From NCBI GenBank assembly GCA_000004985.1, contig GG738905.1: a DNA stretch of 64,000 nt. One strand, written 5' to 3'. Below are positions 9,973 to 20,669 of this stretch, piece by piece (position 1 is the first letter of the stretch; the number at the start of each line of letters is the position of its first letter). The DNA is from Naegleria gruberi. Taxonomy: Eukaryota. Below the pieces are notes generated by a model. It made no database searches, had not been told where the DNA came from, and saw only the letters and a program-made list of their open reading frames with translations. A program made the translations under genes and the position numbers.

Positions 9973-10092
9973 TTGAAGTGAGTACCCCACTCACTAAGGT
10001 TTATTGTAAACTACACACACCAATAAATATGAAAAATTTTTGTCTGAAAAAATTTCAACACAGCAAGATGTTAAAAGACAAGATTTACGCTC
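9973..10092 (+). repeat. 120-bp direct repeat B2 (right end of the DIRS-like element), followed by the gap
   Basis: identical to 5969-6088; preceded at 9947-9965 by an inverted copy of an internal B segment. Confidence 0.9.
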
Positions 10093-10098
10093 CCACCA

Positions 10099-10148
10099 NN
10101 NNNNNNNNNNNNNNNNNNNNNNNNNNNNNNNNNNNNNNNNNNNNNNNN
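10099..10148. other. assembly gap (50 N)
   Basis: run of N. Confidence 1.
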
Positions 10149-10418
10149 AAAGTCTTCATCTTCTGAATATGATTCAAAGAAAGTTGCCTAATTTATGAGA
10201 ATGGATGAGAATGGATGGATTGAAAGCATTTCATCTCATTGAGAATGAGTATTGACAATAATAGTAGAATCATTCAATGTCGATTTGAAACTATTTCAAA
10301 TAAATTTCGTTATTGCAATCTGCCACATTTTTTAAGTGTTTGGTGACAAATGTTGGTCAGTTTGTTATTTTCCATTTTTGAGGTGTCACGCCGATTTCTT
10401 GAATGAAAGATTTCTCTT
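10149..10418 (+). repeat. repeat A copy 2, followed by unique non-element sequence
   Basis: about 93% identical to 5697-5968; ends at the same ...gaatgaaag boundary. Confidence 0.85.
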
Positions 10419-12292
10419 GTTGAACGTGATTTCCAGATATCAAGCTAAATGAAAATCCAAATGTTGTCGATATTCGTTGAAATTGAAAATTCATGAAGGA
10501 AAGCAACATTTCCATACAATTACAATTTGTTTCTTATCACCACTCGAGATGATCTTGTTTCATGTGATCTTTCGAATGAACTTGTGAAAGATCCTAATTA
10601 CAAAAGTGAAACTGTTCAATAAAAATTACGTTAAATGCAATGTTTTAAAGATGTTGATGAATATTTCATTTACAGTCGTCCTCAAAAGGTAATATACTGT
10701 CGAGTTCACTCATTCCCAATTACGAAAACATTTCTAATAATTCATTCAACATCCAATAGAGAATCTTCAAACTATGAAAACATGATCTCCACAATCTCCC
10801 CATTAAGTCGAATATTCCAAACCAATTAGTACTTTGAATTAAGGGCATTTAACCTATTTGGATGCTTATTTCCCCTTAATTGGACAATTGCACTACGGTA
10901 CTTCCTCAACAGTCCATTGAGATTTTTTAGATAAAATACCCAAAATTCAAGGCACCTTGAAAATAGTTTAAAGGAAGCCATGCATGTGAGATGATGAAGA
11001 AGGCATGTTTGCATGCGAAAGTTATGATGAAATCTAGTCATGTACATGTTGGTGCACATGACAGTATGTGAGAAGATTACATGTCTACTCTTTGATGTTG
11101 TAAGGGCATGTCTGAATGAAAATCCACACATTGGATGGAGATGTATGTGTGATGATAAGAGAGATACTCATCTTGATTAGATCTTTTACTTCTGCAGAGT
11201 TGGAAATAATTAAGAACTGTTTGTCAATAGTACTTACCAAGTTTTTGTTTTCCTTCATGTAATCATGGTGATGTAAATTGACATCATGTTTGTCAAGAAT
11301 GAACATGAATCAAGTGTTTAGCATGGAGTGGTTGTGCGTCACTACTCCATCAACATGTGAAATTATTTCACACCAACAAGAACAAAAGGTAATTTAGCAA
11401 CAAAACACATATATGGCAAAGCACACCCCCATTATCACCAAGCAAACTGTTCTTTCAAGATGTTCCATCACCTCACTTGAATCTCGGTTAGTGGTGCTAC
11501 CATTGAAAGTTGTTGATTTAAATCTTGTCCACCAAAAGATGAGAGGAAGTAGTGCGCACCTCATTGTTGCCTGGTTGGTGATGTTGTTCTTGTTGTTGAA
11601 TTGGTAATAACCAACTCAAACAAACAGCCTCAACAAGAGTGCATTTCATTGCTTTGCAATTTGCTTTCTTTTTTTCTAAAGTGTTGTTCATCATCATATC
11701 GCTTAATATTTATTTTAAGAGAGTAATCAGGTGGTGTGTGATTCTTGGACTAGTAGTGCGCAGAGTGATTATTAGTATTATTATTATTAATTATAATCAA
11801 TTATTTATATCTTTAAAATCATCAACACATCAAATATTTAATAAGGGTTTGAGTTGTTTCCCGCCAAAAATATAATTGACTCTTGAAAGGGGTAGGTACC
11901 TACCTGATCATTTATTTATAATATTATTTAATATTATAATATCTAAGATCTTGCTTCGAAACTCTATCAATTGATTTCTTTTAAATTTTTAAGAACTGTA
12001 GAATCATAAGAATTACCAAATAGAACGGACCAAAGCAAAAGAGAGTAAAATCTGCGATATATCTCAAATCACATCCAATTTAATCTTAAGAATCCGAGAT
12101 TCTATTTTTACGCCAAGTCGCTACAAGTACGGAAGTAAAGAGCCATAGAGTGAAATTTTTTTGCTATTAGATTGTGGACTCCATTGTGTTTTAGTGGTCG
12201 AGTGACAGTTTCAAAGTTATAAGAAACTCTAAAAAATTGAACACATCTCTCACTTTGAGGTTCCATTACTGAGAGAATAGTTTCGAATAATT

Positions 12293-14029
12293 ATGTCGGA
12301 AAGTGACGAATCTTCAAGGGAGGAATTGGCAACGAACAGTGTTTCGAATAGTGCTTCATCTGCTGTTGGTTATCTACATGTGAAAATGCCCCAAACAATT
12401 CTCTCAAAACGACAAAGACCAGGCATAAACTATTCAAATCAGCAACAACACAAAAATCCATCATCAGACCCATCACAATTTAACATTGTAGACGAAACAG
12501 ACAAGACAACACTCGATGTCAATAAGAAACTAAGAAAGAAGCGAAAGAAAAATCTACCTCCATTCCTTTCGAATACATGTCAACAACAAAAATCATCAAC
12601 ACCAAACAGCAGCAACGACAATTTAAATAATGGTAATAATAATGAAGAGGAAATTTTGGATTCAATCGAAGATATCGATCCTTCCATCAAGGTCTATGCA
12701 TTCGAAAAACCACTAATGACAAGCGCTACCAATTTTAAAGATAATTACTTCATACTGACACCTGTCGTGAACAATACTACATCTAGCACATCTAATAATG
12801 CTACTGTTAATTCTACAACTCAACATGTTTCCTCTCCATCAAGAAAATCTCAAAATCAAACTATCTCAACTAATCCGCACCGAAAAAATTCTAGACGAAA
12901 ATGTTCGTCTTCCTCCTCTTCAAACTCTTCCAATAACAATAATACTTCAGCAGCATTACTTTCGAATAATAATCTGTCTAGTACTACTCCACATGTTGTA
13001 AATTCGACAAGTGCTGTACATGTTCATAACGCTAGGAAATCGAGTCAACAACAACAACAAGTATCACATGTGATTATTGAGTATCCACAACAACATCAAC
13101 AACAACAACTTGCAAATCAACAACAGTGTGAATTAGGTGGATATGAGAATGGTAATACGGTGTTCAAGTTTGGTAATTCCTCATCTGTTCGTGAAGTTTC
13201 TGGCATGGATAAATTGACTGAGAATCCCCTTAATGATTTTTTACAACTACAATCCTCGTTGAATAGTAATAATGCGGGTAATAGTGGTGTGTCTTCGGCA
13301 GTTGCCTTGCTAGCATCAGTATTGGCCAATAACCAAGTTTCGAATAATGATTCGAATGGTTCATCTATGGCTTTTGATTACGATTCCATGATATCCATGT
13401 TGGATAAATTGCTTTGCAGGCAACCAAACATGTCATCTTCATCTGGTGCATCTTCATCTGATAACATGTTATACAACATGCACAATAATAACACAACTAG
13501 TCCAACAAGTTTAGTTTCAAATACTAATCCTTCAAATCTATTCATGACAAGTGGCAACAACATGCAACATGGTACCTCCTCCACAACATCCCAAAATCAA
13601 CTCAATAATTTATCCCTTCAACTCATTTCACAAATTGTTGAACTCTTAATTCAACGATATCAACAACAATTACAAAGCGTATTAAGCCAAAATCAAATAT
13701 CGAATTCTTCATCATTGAATAATTCTCCAATTTCCAATCCAACCTCCAATTTTGTACAACATTTATTTAATCAAGATCCTCAAGTTTCGAATATTTCGAC
13801 GAACCTATCTCAATATATAATGAATGCTCGATTTCCATCCAATGATGATTCGAATAATCAATTGCCACAAATGGTAGATCAGCAACAACTGAATCAGACA
13901 TCCATGCAACCAAATAATGTTTCGTCCTCCTCAAACGAAACAATTTCACAACAAGACATTCTAAGGTTTATTCTCCAAAATCAACATCTTCTCTTTCCAA
14001 ATTCGAATAATCAATCAAATAATCAATAA
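12293..14029 (+). CDS. hypothetical N/Q/S-rich low-complexity protein (578 aa) with basic KKLRKKRKK (NLS-like) stretch
   Basis: long ORF from an ATG in good context; strongly biased composition; TTCGAAT motif just upstream. Confidence 0.5.
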   Translation: MSESDESSREELATNSVSNSASSAVGYLHVKMPQTILSKRQRPGINYSNQQQHKNPSSDPSQFNIVDETDKTTLDVNKKLRKKRKKNLPPFLSNTCQQQKSSTPNSSNDNLNNGNNNEEEILDSIEDIDPSIKVYAFEKPLMTSATNFKDNYFILTPVVNNTTSSTSNNATVNSTTQHVSSPSRKSQNQTISTNPHRKNSRRKCSSSSSSNSSNNNNTSAALLSNNNLSSTTPHVVNSTSAVHVHNARKSSQQQQQVSHVIIEYPQQHQQQQLANQQQCELGGYENGNTVFKFGNSSSVREVSGMDKLTENPLNDFLQLQSSLNSNNAGNSGVSSAVALLASVLANNQVSNNDSNGSSMAFDYDSMISMLDKLLCRQPNMSSSSGASSSDNMLYNMHNNNTTSPTSLVSNTNPSNLFMTSGNNMQHGTSSTTSQNQLNNLSLQLISQIVELLIQRYQQQLQSVLSQNQISNSSSLNNSPISNPTSNFVQHLFNQDPQVSNISTNLSQYIMNARFPSNDDSNNQLPQMVDQQQLNQTSMQPNNVSSSSNETISQQDILRFILQNQHLLFPNSNNQSNNQ

Positions 14030-14161
14030 ATTGAAAGTTTGAAACTCTTCTCAAAACTTCAATAATTGTCATTGTAATCTTAATTCGCATCTTTACAATG
14101 ACAAGTTCACATTTCCAATCAGCGCTGATGAACTTGCCACAAAATTTACAATAAAAAAAAA

Positions 14162-15136
14162 ATGGCATCACTTGAGGAACAGCTTTTACTTCGTCGTCAA
14201 TTAATCTTCTCCAAAGTTACGGAAAAGATTGGACCTTCCCTTCCCAATGATGATAAAAAAGAGGCAAATTTAATGATTCGGGTGGCATGTTTCGTCTATA
14301 AAAAAGATGGAGCCGATCGACATTGGAAAGACCTGTTGCAAGCCTTGACTGATACCTCACATCCTAAGGAGAGAATTATTAAGAAAGATGATCACAGTGA
14401 TGGACATGAGATGATGCCTCACTTGTTGAATTTGAAAAGAGTTCAATTTGAATGTATTCAATTTGATCCGAATGATATTGGAAATGGTCAATTGATAACT
14501 AAAAAGATACATGTTGTGTTTTGTGGAGGAGGATTGGGTCCTGCACATGCTAGTCAATTGGGAGGAAAAGGAAAGAGGGAAATTATCAAGTTCTTGGAAC
14601 AGGGAGGAGGTTATATTGGATGTTGTGCTGGAGCTTATTTAGCATGTAGGTAATCTGTGATATTTATTGAATATTCTAATATTGAATGGAATGAAAAATA
14701 GGCACAGCGTATGATGCTTCTTTAAGTTTCTGGAATTATGGATTGATTGACTATCATATTCTTGATTTGTCAATGTGAAAACACTCCACAAGGTTCTGAT
14801 ATTCTCGTTTCAAACTTGAACGACTCTATTAGAAATGTCTATTACAGAAATGGACCTCTCTTTACACCAGTTACAGATGAAAAACTTCGTGAAAAGTATT
14901 CGGGAAACAAGATTGGACAATCGATGGTTTTACAAAATTTCAAACAAGAATTCACAAAGAAGAAGGTTGATTTGGAATCCAAATCAGTCATGATCGATAC
15001 TCCCTCCATAATTGCCAATCAATATGGTCAGGGAAGGGTTGTGGTGTTTAGTGCACACCCAGAAGCTTCAGATGAACAGGTTAGAAATGAATTCAAATGT
15101 GCCTTTGTTTGGGCTTCCTCTCAATTGATTTATTGA
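14162..15136 (+). CDS. class-I glutamine-amidotransferase-like / BPL_N-like fold protein; two exons (about 14162-14645 and 14793-15136)
   Basis: VVFCGGG ... GGGYIGCCAGAYLAC resembles the nucleophile-elbow region of GATase1-like domains. Two same-strand ORFs are separated by an AT-rich segment with candidate GTAGGT donor at 14646 and acceptor cacaag at 14792 that keep the frame. The family call is tentative. Confidence 0.45.
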
Positions 15137-15146
15137 AAACACAATC

Positions 15147-15719
15147 TTAATGATTTTTTGGTAGTGTAACTGCCAATGTGATAATGACAATGAGGATGGA
15201 CAGACAGACATTGAATGCCACCAATGACCAAAATGTTGATTTTGCCAATTGTCCATATTTTCTTGCTCCTCTCACTTCATGACTTGAATATTTAAAGACA
15301 AACATGTATGGAATGCAAGCAAAGAAGGGTGTAAAGATGAAGAATACTAGAAATGAAATGACAGTAGCAATCAAAAAGGCATTCTTTGCCTTGTCAGTTT
15401 GATGTTTCTCATGAAACCAATTGTTGGTTCCAGCATTTGTGTAGGGATGTTCTTGTCTATTCACAAGAGGAGTTGAGGTTGTTTCAGCTGTTGTAGTATA
15501 AACCTGCTGTTGTTGCTGAGGAGGAATCAGATTTTGTTTCAAATTCTCATGGAATGGATGCGATGTATAATGAATCGCTTGAGGAGGTGGAGGGATTTCT
15601 CCATTACTTGGATAGGCAGAATTACTGTACGAAGTAGAATTGACTGTTGCTTGGTAATTGGTTGGATTCATTTTTTCAAAATTTGTTTCTTCAATTTGAA
15701 ATGATCTTATTTCAAACAA
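15147..15719 (-). CDS. small membrane protein with Pro/Gln-rich N-terminus and two C-terminal TM helices (CD225/dispanin-like topology)
   Basis: ORF with hydrophobic segments FLIATVISFLVFFIFTPFFACIPYMFVF and FWSLVAFNVCLSILIVIITLAV; the true start is probably the internal MNPTNYQ. Confidence 0.4.
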   Translation of the reverse strand: MFEIRSFQIEETNFEKMNPTNYQATVNSTSYSNSAYPSNGEIPPPPQAIHYTSHPFHENLKQNLIPPQQQQQVYTTTAETTSTPLVNRQEHPYTNAGTNNWFHEKHQTDKAKNAFLIATVISFLVFFIFTPFFACIPYMFVFKYSSHEVRGARKYGQLAKSTFWSLVAFNVCLSILIVIITLAVTLPKNH

Positions 15720-15999
15720 TTGCCTCTTTTGGAATTGTTACAAAATTGGAAATGTAATATTTTTACATTAAAATACTCTCAAAGAAAAAGGTTTATTTTG
15801 GAGTAATTTTGGTCGTACGAAGGAAGAGGAATAAACGTAGTGGTTGTCGTCGTAGTGGAGGAAACGAAAGGATTAAGATTCCAAAGTTCCTGCGCTTATA
15901 AGCTTTTATTCATTAATTTTCCAAATTGATTTTGAAATGATATTTGAATTAGGGGCATTGTGATGGATAATGATGGACACACATGTGGTTTACATGTGG

Positions 16000-16549
16000 T
16001 TAGTCTTGAATGGGTTGATAGGCATGTCCTTGAGAATCATAATATTCAGGAGGAGGAGAATCTTCATATGCTGGAGGTTGTGTAGTGGTGCTCAATTGAC
16101 CACTTCGTGTTTTCTCAGGAATTATTCCAAAATCTTCAGCTAACAACTCAATTGTGAGTGTTCCCTTTTGTGCATTGTGCAAATTCAAAGTCAATTGTTG
16201 AGCTATTCCTTTTTCCAAACTGTCCAATGACACTGATGCCTTGCCAATCACATCATTCACCAATCGATCATAATCAAAAACTTCAAAATAAATAGTTTCT
16301 ATCTCAGGATTAAAATTTGAAGGTAAATCCATGTGGAAAGTGGCATTCCAATCTGGATTGCAATTCTTCTTGATGACTTCTGTTCGTAATTGAATGGTAC
16401 CGAGTTGAATTTTGACAAATGGATCTTTAAACAATTAATGGAATGTTAAACAAGATAATTTGATGAGAAATAAACTTACCAGAAGTGCCTCCTCGATCCT
16501 TTGCATCTAAATCTCGGCAGTTAATAACTGTTAATTTGAGTTTTGGCAT
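16000..16549 (-). CDS. C2-domain protein, paralog a: join(16549..16480, 16424..16000); C2 followed by a short Pro-rich tail with PPxY motifs
   Basis: Exon 1 encodes MPKLKLTVINCRDLDAKDRGGTS. Donor G|GTAAGT, acceptor tttaaag. Exon 2 encodes DPFVKIQLGT...NCNPDWN...FEVFDYDR...[12 protein letters not shown], then QPPAYEDSPPPEYY. Confidence 0.8.
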
Positions 16550-16624
16550 TTTTTTGATTGATATGACGCTTGACTTTTGTGAAAAAGGATACATGTCGGA
16601 CTAATAAGGTTTATAGTTCAACAT

Positions 16625-17467
16625 TTATTGATTATATTGTGGTGGATAACTTGGTGGTGGTGGTTGAGAATAACCAATTGGTGGATACCCTTGAAAATTT
16701 TGATTTGGATATTGAGATTGATCTGAATATTGAGGTGGTGGTGGTTGACATTGAGATTGATCTGAATATTGGGGAGGAGGAGGTTGTGAATTGAATGAGT
16801 TATCATTTTGAGGAGGAGGTTGATTAGGAATTGGGTATTGAGGAGGTGATACAGATGATTGATTATTCGAATAGTATTGAGGTGGAGGAGGAGATGAATT
16901 GCTGCTATCGTATTGTGGAGGTGGAGGAGTGGGAGGTTGTGTGTTAAAATTATTAATATTCGAATGATTATAATTCAATTGAGTGGCACTTCTGTTGTGA
17001 ACAGATTGTTGTGTTGGCAGAGTTGGTGGTTTAATTTCTGGAATTATTCCAAAATCCTCAGCTAGTAACTCAATGGTGAGTGTTCCTTTGTGTGCATTGT
17101 GTAAATTCAATGTCATTTGTTGAGCTATTCCTTTTTCCAAGTTGTCCAATCGAGCAGATGTCTTTCCAATCAAATCATTTGATGAAAATCTATCATAATC
17201 ATAAACATCAAAGTAAATACTTTCAAATTCTGGATCAAATTTTGCTGGCAAATCCAAATTAAAAACAGCATTCCAATCTGGGTTACAATTCTTCTTGACA
17301 ATTTCAGTTTTAACTTGAAGAGTGCCAATTTTAATTTTGACAAATGGGTCTTTAAAGAGTCATGATGATTTGATATTATGTCAACAATTTAACCTACCTG
17401 AAGTGCCACCCATATCTTTGGCATCTAAATCCCGAGCATGAATAACTGTGAGTTTGAGTTTTGGCAT
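16625..17467 (-). CDS. C2-domain protein, paralog b: join(17467..17398, 17349..16625); C2 followed by a long P/Q/S/Y-rich tail
   Basis: Exon 1 encodes MPKLKLTVIHARDLDAKDMGGTS. Donor GTAGGT, acceptor ctttaaag. Exon 2 encodes DPFVKIKIGT...NCNPDWN...FDVYDYDR...[12 protein letters not shown]. Confidence 0.8.
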
Positions 17468-17582
17468 TTTTTTAAAGTTGACTTGGTTTGTGATTGATGT
17501 TTAGATTCCATTATTGAAATTACAATAAATTCATTGATAAGCATTAAATTGCTAGTTTAAATTACAAATTTATAGTACACAA

Positions 17583-18663
17583 TTATTGGAATGGTTGTGG
17601 AGGATATCCCATTTGAGGTGGGTAACCCATTTGAGGTGGGTAACCCATTTGAGGTTGTTGAGGGTAACCTTGCATTGGCTGTTGTGGATAGCCTTGCATT
17701 GGTTGTTGAGGATAACCTTGCATTGGTGGTTGTTGTGGATAACCTTGTTGCATTTGAGGGTAACCTTGCATTGGTGGTTGTTGTGGATATTGTTGATAAC
17801 CCATTTGAGGTTGTTGTTGGGGATAACCTTGCATTGGTTGTTGTTGAGGGTAGCCCATTGGTTGTTGAGGATATCCATAACCTTGCACTCCCTGTGGTTG
17901 ATAACCCATTGGTTGTTGTTGTTGTTGTTGTGGATAACCATAACCTTGAACTGGTGGACCTTGATTGAGTGGTTGTGATTGAGTAACTGATTGAGTTGGC
18001 ATGGCTTGTCCAAAATCTTCAGCCAACAATTCCACAGTCAAAGTACCCAACTTGGAATATTGCAATTTGAGATCGACACGTTGTGGTTGTCCCTTATATA
18101 AAGTTCCCAAAGCAACTGTTGCCTTACCAATAATATCATTTCCTCCAAAACGATCATAATCATAAACTTCAAAGACAGCACTTTCACTGGCTGGATTAAC
18201 AGAAGGAGGCAAATCAAAGAACAAGGTTGTGTTCCATGTTGGATTGCAATTTTTGCTGATGTGATCAGTCTTTCTTTGAACGGAACCAATTGTTACTCTA
18301 ACATATGGATCTAAATAGTATTAATTAATTAATATATAATGATGATGATAATGAATGATTATTAATATATATATGAATAATATTTGTTAACCAATCACAA
18401 AATCATTGTTAATGTACAAAACAATATTAAATATATTAAAATCGATTGTACATTGTAGTTGAATAACACAAATAATATAAGAAATATTTCATTGTTATAA
18501 GAAATTCATCATCATGGATGTAACATCACCAAAATTCATCATCATCATCACATGTAAAATTAAATCATCATCAAATTCGCATCATCAACCTACCAGAAGT
18601 ACCACCAACATCCTTTCCTTCCAAATTTCTAGCAGAAATAACAGTAATCTTGAGTTTGCCCAT
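17583..18663 (-). CDS. C2-domain protein, paralog c: join(18663..18594, 18310..17583); C2 followed by a QGYPQQP repeat tail
   Basis: Exon 1 encodes [23 protein letters not shown]. Donor GTAGGT and a 283-bp AT-rich intron. Exon 2 encodes [27 protein letters not shown]...FEVYDYDR...[10 protein letters not shown], then (Q)GYP repeats. Confidence 0.8.
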
Positions 18664-18881
18664 TCTTTGTGTGTCTATTTTTTGCTAAAGTTTCCATTCC
18701 GTGTTGCTTGTTTGAGAAACTCATCGCGTTTCATGTGTTTTATAAATAAGAATGGATCGCTCATGTTCATGTGTGTATTTTTACCGCCAAAAAAAACTAC
18801 AATATGAACTTTGTTTTATTCCTTACCTCTGGGGTTGATGATGGGAATGTAAAATTATAATTTAATATAACAGTTAGTTTA

Positions 18882-19253
18882 TTAAGTTTGACTTGGATGA
18901 GGAGAACCTCTCAAGTGAGGAAGAATAGTATGATGTTGGGAATGATGAGGTTTGAAATGAGAAATAATTGGTCTGATTATATGATGAGAACCAAATACTT
19001 TGAATGGTGGTTGGACGGTATCACCCGATTGTTGTGGTGTAGGAATGGAAATTTGTGGCAATTGTTCTTGTTGGACGGTATCACCTGATTGTTGAGGGGT
19101 TGGAATGGAAACTTGTGGTAATTGTTCTTGTTGGACAGTATCGCCTGATTGTTGTGGAGTTGGAATGGAAATTTGTGGAAGTTGGCAATCAACTAAACAA
19201 TTGGCAATAATGAAGCATGAAATGAATAGCAAGAGAATGAGAAATTTAGTCAT
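18882..19253 (-). CDS. small secreted repeat protein (123 aa): signal peptide plus three 24-aa tandem repeats QLPQ(I/V)SIPTPQQSGDTVQQE
   Basis: N-terminal MTKFLILLLFISCFIIANC. Three near-identical 72-bp DNA repeats at about 18990-19205. Confidence 0.5.
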   Translation of the reverse strand: MTKFLILLLFISCFIIANCLVDCQLPQISIPTPQQSGDTVQQEQLPQVSIPTPQQSGDTVQQEQLPQISIPTPQQSGDTVQPPFKVFGSHHIIRPIISHFKPHHSQHHTILPHLRGSPHPSQT

Positions 19254-19556
19254 CTTTTTTGAAAATGTTACTAATACCTTTTCATTCTTCCTGAATTTGA
19301 ATCATTGTAATGCCAATGAACAATGTTAAATTGATATGTTTCGTTTAAGGATATTTACAGTTTAAAGATTTTTCCCAAGAGAGGATTTGGACACTTTGGT
19401 ATTTTCAAGCAGATGGTAATGTTATATTTATATAGTAATTCATCTTTTGTGAAGTTAGAAATCCAACTGTTTGTGACCTCTGCGTGTTAGAAGAAGAAGG
19501 AGAACTATATAAGGAAGATAATGTATTATTTACACAATTTCAAGAAGAAATTCAAA

Positions 19557-20325
19557 TTATTGATATGGTGGATATCCTTGTTGAGGAGGATATTGTTGTG
19601 GTGGATATTGTTGTGGGTATCCTTGTTGTGGTGGAAAACCACCTTGTTGTGGGTATCCTTGTTCAGGAGGATAGCCATATCCTTGCATTGGAGGTTGTCC
19701 ATAGTATGGTTGTTGTGGATATCCTTGTTGTGGTGGATACATTTGTTGTTGAGGGTAACCTTGTTGAGGGTAACCTTGTTGAGGATATCCTTGTTGTTGT
19801 GGTGGAAAACCACCTTGTTGTGGATTAGTTGTGGTTTGAGTAGTAGTTGGTATGGCTTGTCCAAAATCTTCTGCCAACAATTCAACAGATAAGATTCCAT
19901 TCCTTGAGTTGGCCAACCTTAAATCAACTTTTTGAGCGTGTCCTTTGTAAAGTGTTCCCAAAGCAATTGTTGCTCTTCCAATCAAGTCAGAAGATCCCAA
20001 ACGATCATAATCAAAAACTTCAAAAGAAGCTGATTCTGTGGCTGGGTTGACACTTGGTGGCAAATCAAAGAAGAGAGAAGTATTCCAAGTTGGATTAGTA
20101 GTCTTGGTCAAGTGGTCAGTCTTGTGTTTAATTGTTCCAACAGAAACAACAACAAAAGGATCTATTCAGTGTTTAAAATATGATATTATTATTCAGTAGG
20201 ATTATACAGATGTAAGTGTAATGATCAATGAAATTGTTTAAATAGTAACACCTACCTGATGTACCTCCAATATCCTTTCCTTCTAAATCACGTGCAGAAA
20301 TGATGGTTACTTTAAGTTTGCCCAT
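19557..20325 (-). CDS. C2-domain protein, paralog d: join(20325..20256, 20161..19557); C2 followed by a QQGYPQQ repeat tail
   Basis: Exon 1 encodes [23 protein letters not shown]. Donor GTAGGT, acceptor ctgaatag. Exon 2 encodes [27 protein letters not shown]...FEVFDYDR...[10 protein letters not shown]. Confidence 0.8.
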
Positions 20326-20669
20326 TGTTGATGATTGTTAAATTAATTGATGAACAGTGTTTGAGGTGTTTTTTTTGTTTTTAGAAATTATTGGTTTTGC
20401 AAAAGTTCCAATTTTAAATCTCAGAACGAATATTGGCAAGTTCAAAAAAGTTGCTCGCCCAATTAGATCGCCATCAAATTAAACAATTATGGACTTTTGG
20501 GTAAATAACAAAAAATTGAAAGCAAGGTCAAGGGCATGCTTCATTGTAACAAAACTGTAGTCCTTGAGAATTATTAATAATATAATTATTATTTTTATGT
20601 TAGAAATATTCAAAATTAAGGTATTTCCAAAAAAGTTAAGCACAATTATCAAACAAAAACAGAAAAAAA

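Larger units (their letters stand above)
5969..10092 (+). mobile_element. DIRS-like (tyrosine-recombinase) retrotransposon, about 4.1 kb, bounded by 120-bp direct repeats; right boundary runs into an assembly gap
   Basis: Domain order Gag-like with CCHC knuckle, then RT, RNase H and a C-terminal tyrosine recombinase. No integrase/DDE or methyltransferase domain is seen. Frames overlap as in DIRS-1. Confidence 0.8.

Noticed and set aside
9978-10166. ORF 9978-10166 (62 aa) beginning MSTPLTKVYCKLHTPINMKNF
   Set aside because: It is the start of the retroelement ORF contained in terminal repeat B2, running straight into the 50-N gap. It is not an independent gene.
10826-11306. ORFs 10826-11131 and 11085-11306 on the minus strand in the region downstream of the retroelement
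   Set aside because: They are Cys/His/Met-rich low-complexity translations with no domain signal and no start context. The 10420-12290 region looks non-coding, possibly old repeat debris.
17570-18013. Several ORFs (17570-18013 minus, 17586-17978 plus, 17591-17968 plus) overlapping the C2 paralog c tail
   Set aside because: They are alternative-frame and antisense readings of the QGYPQQ DNA repeat. The frame continuous with the C2 domain is the real one. The same applies to 19484-19900 over paralog d and 16570-16806 over paralog b.
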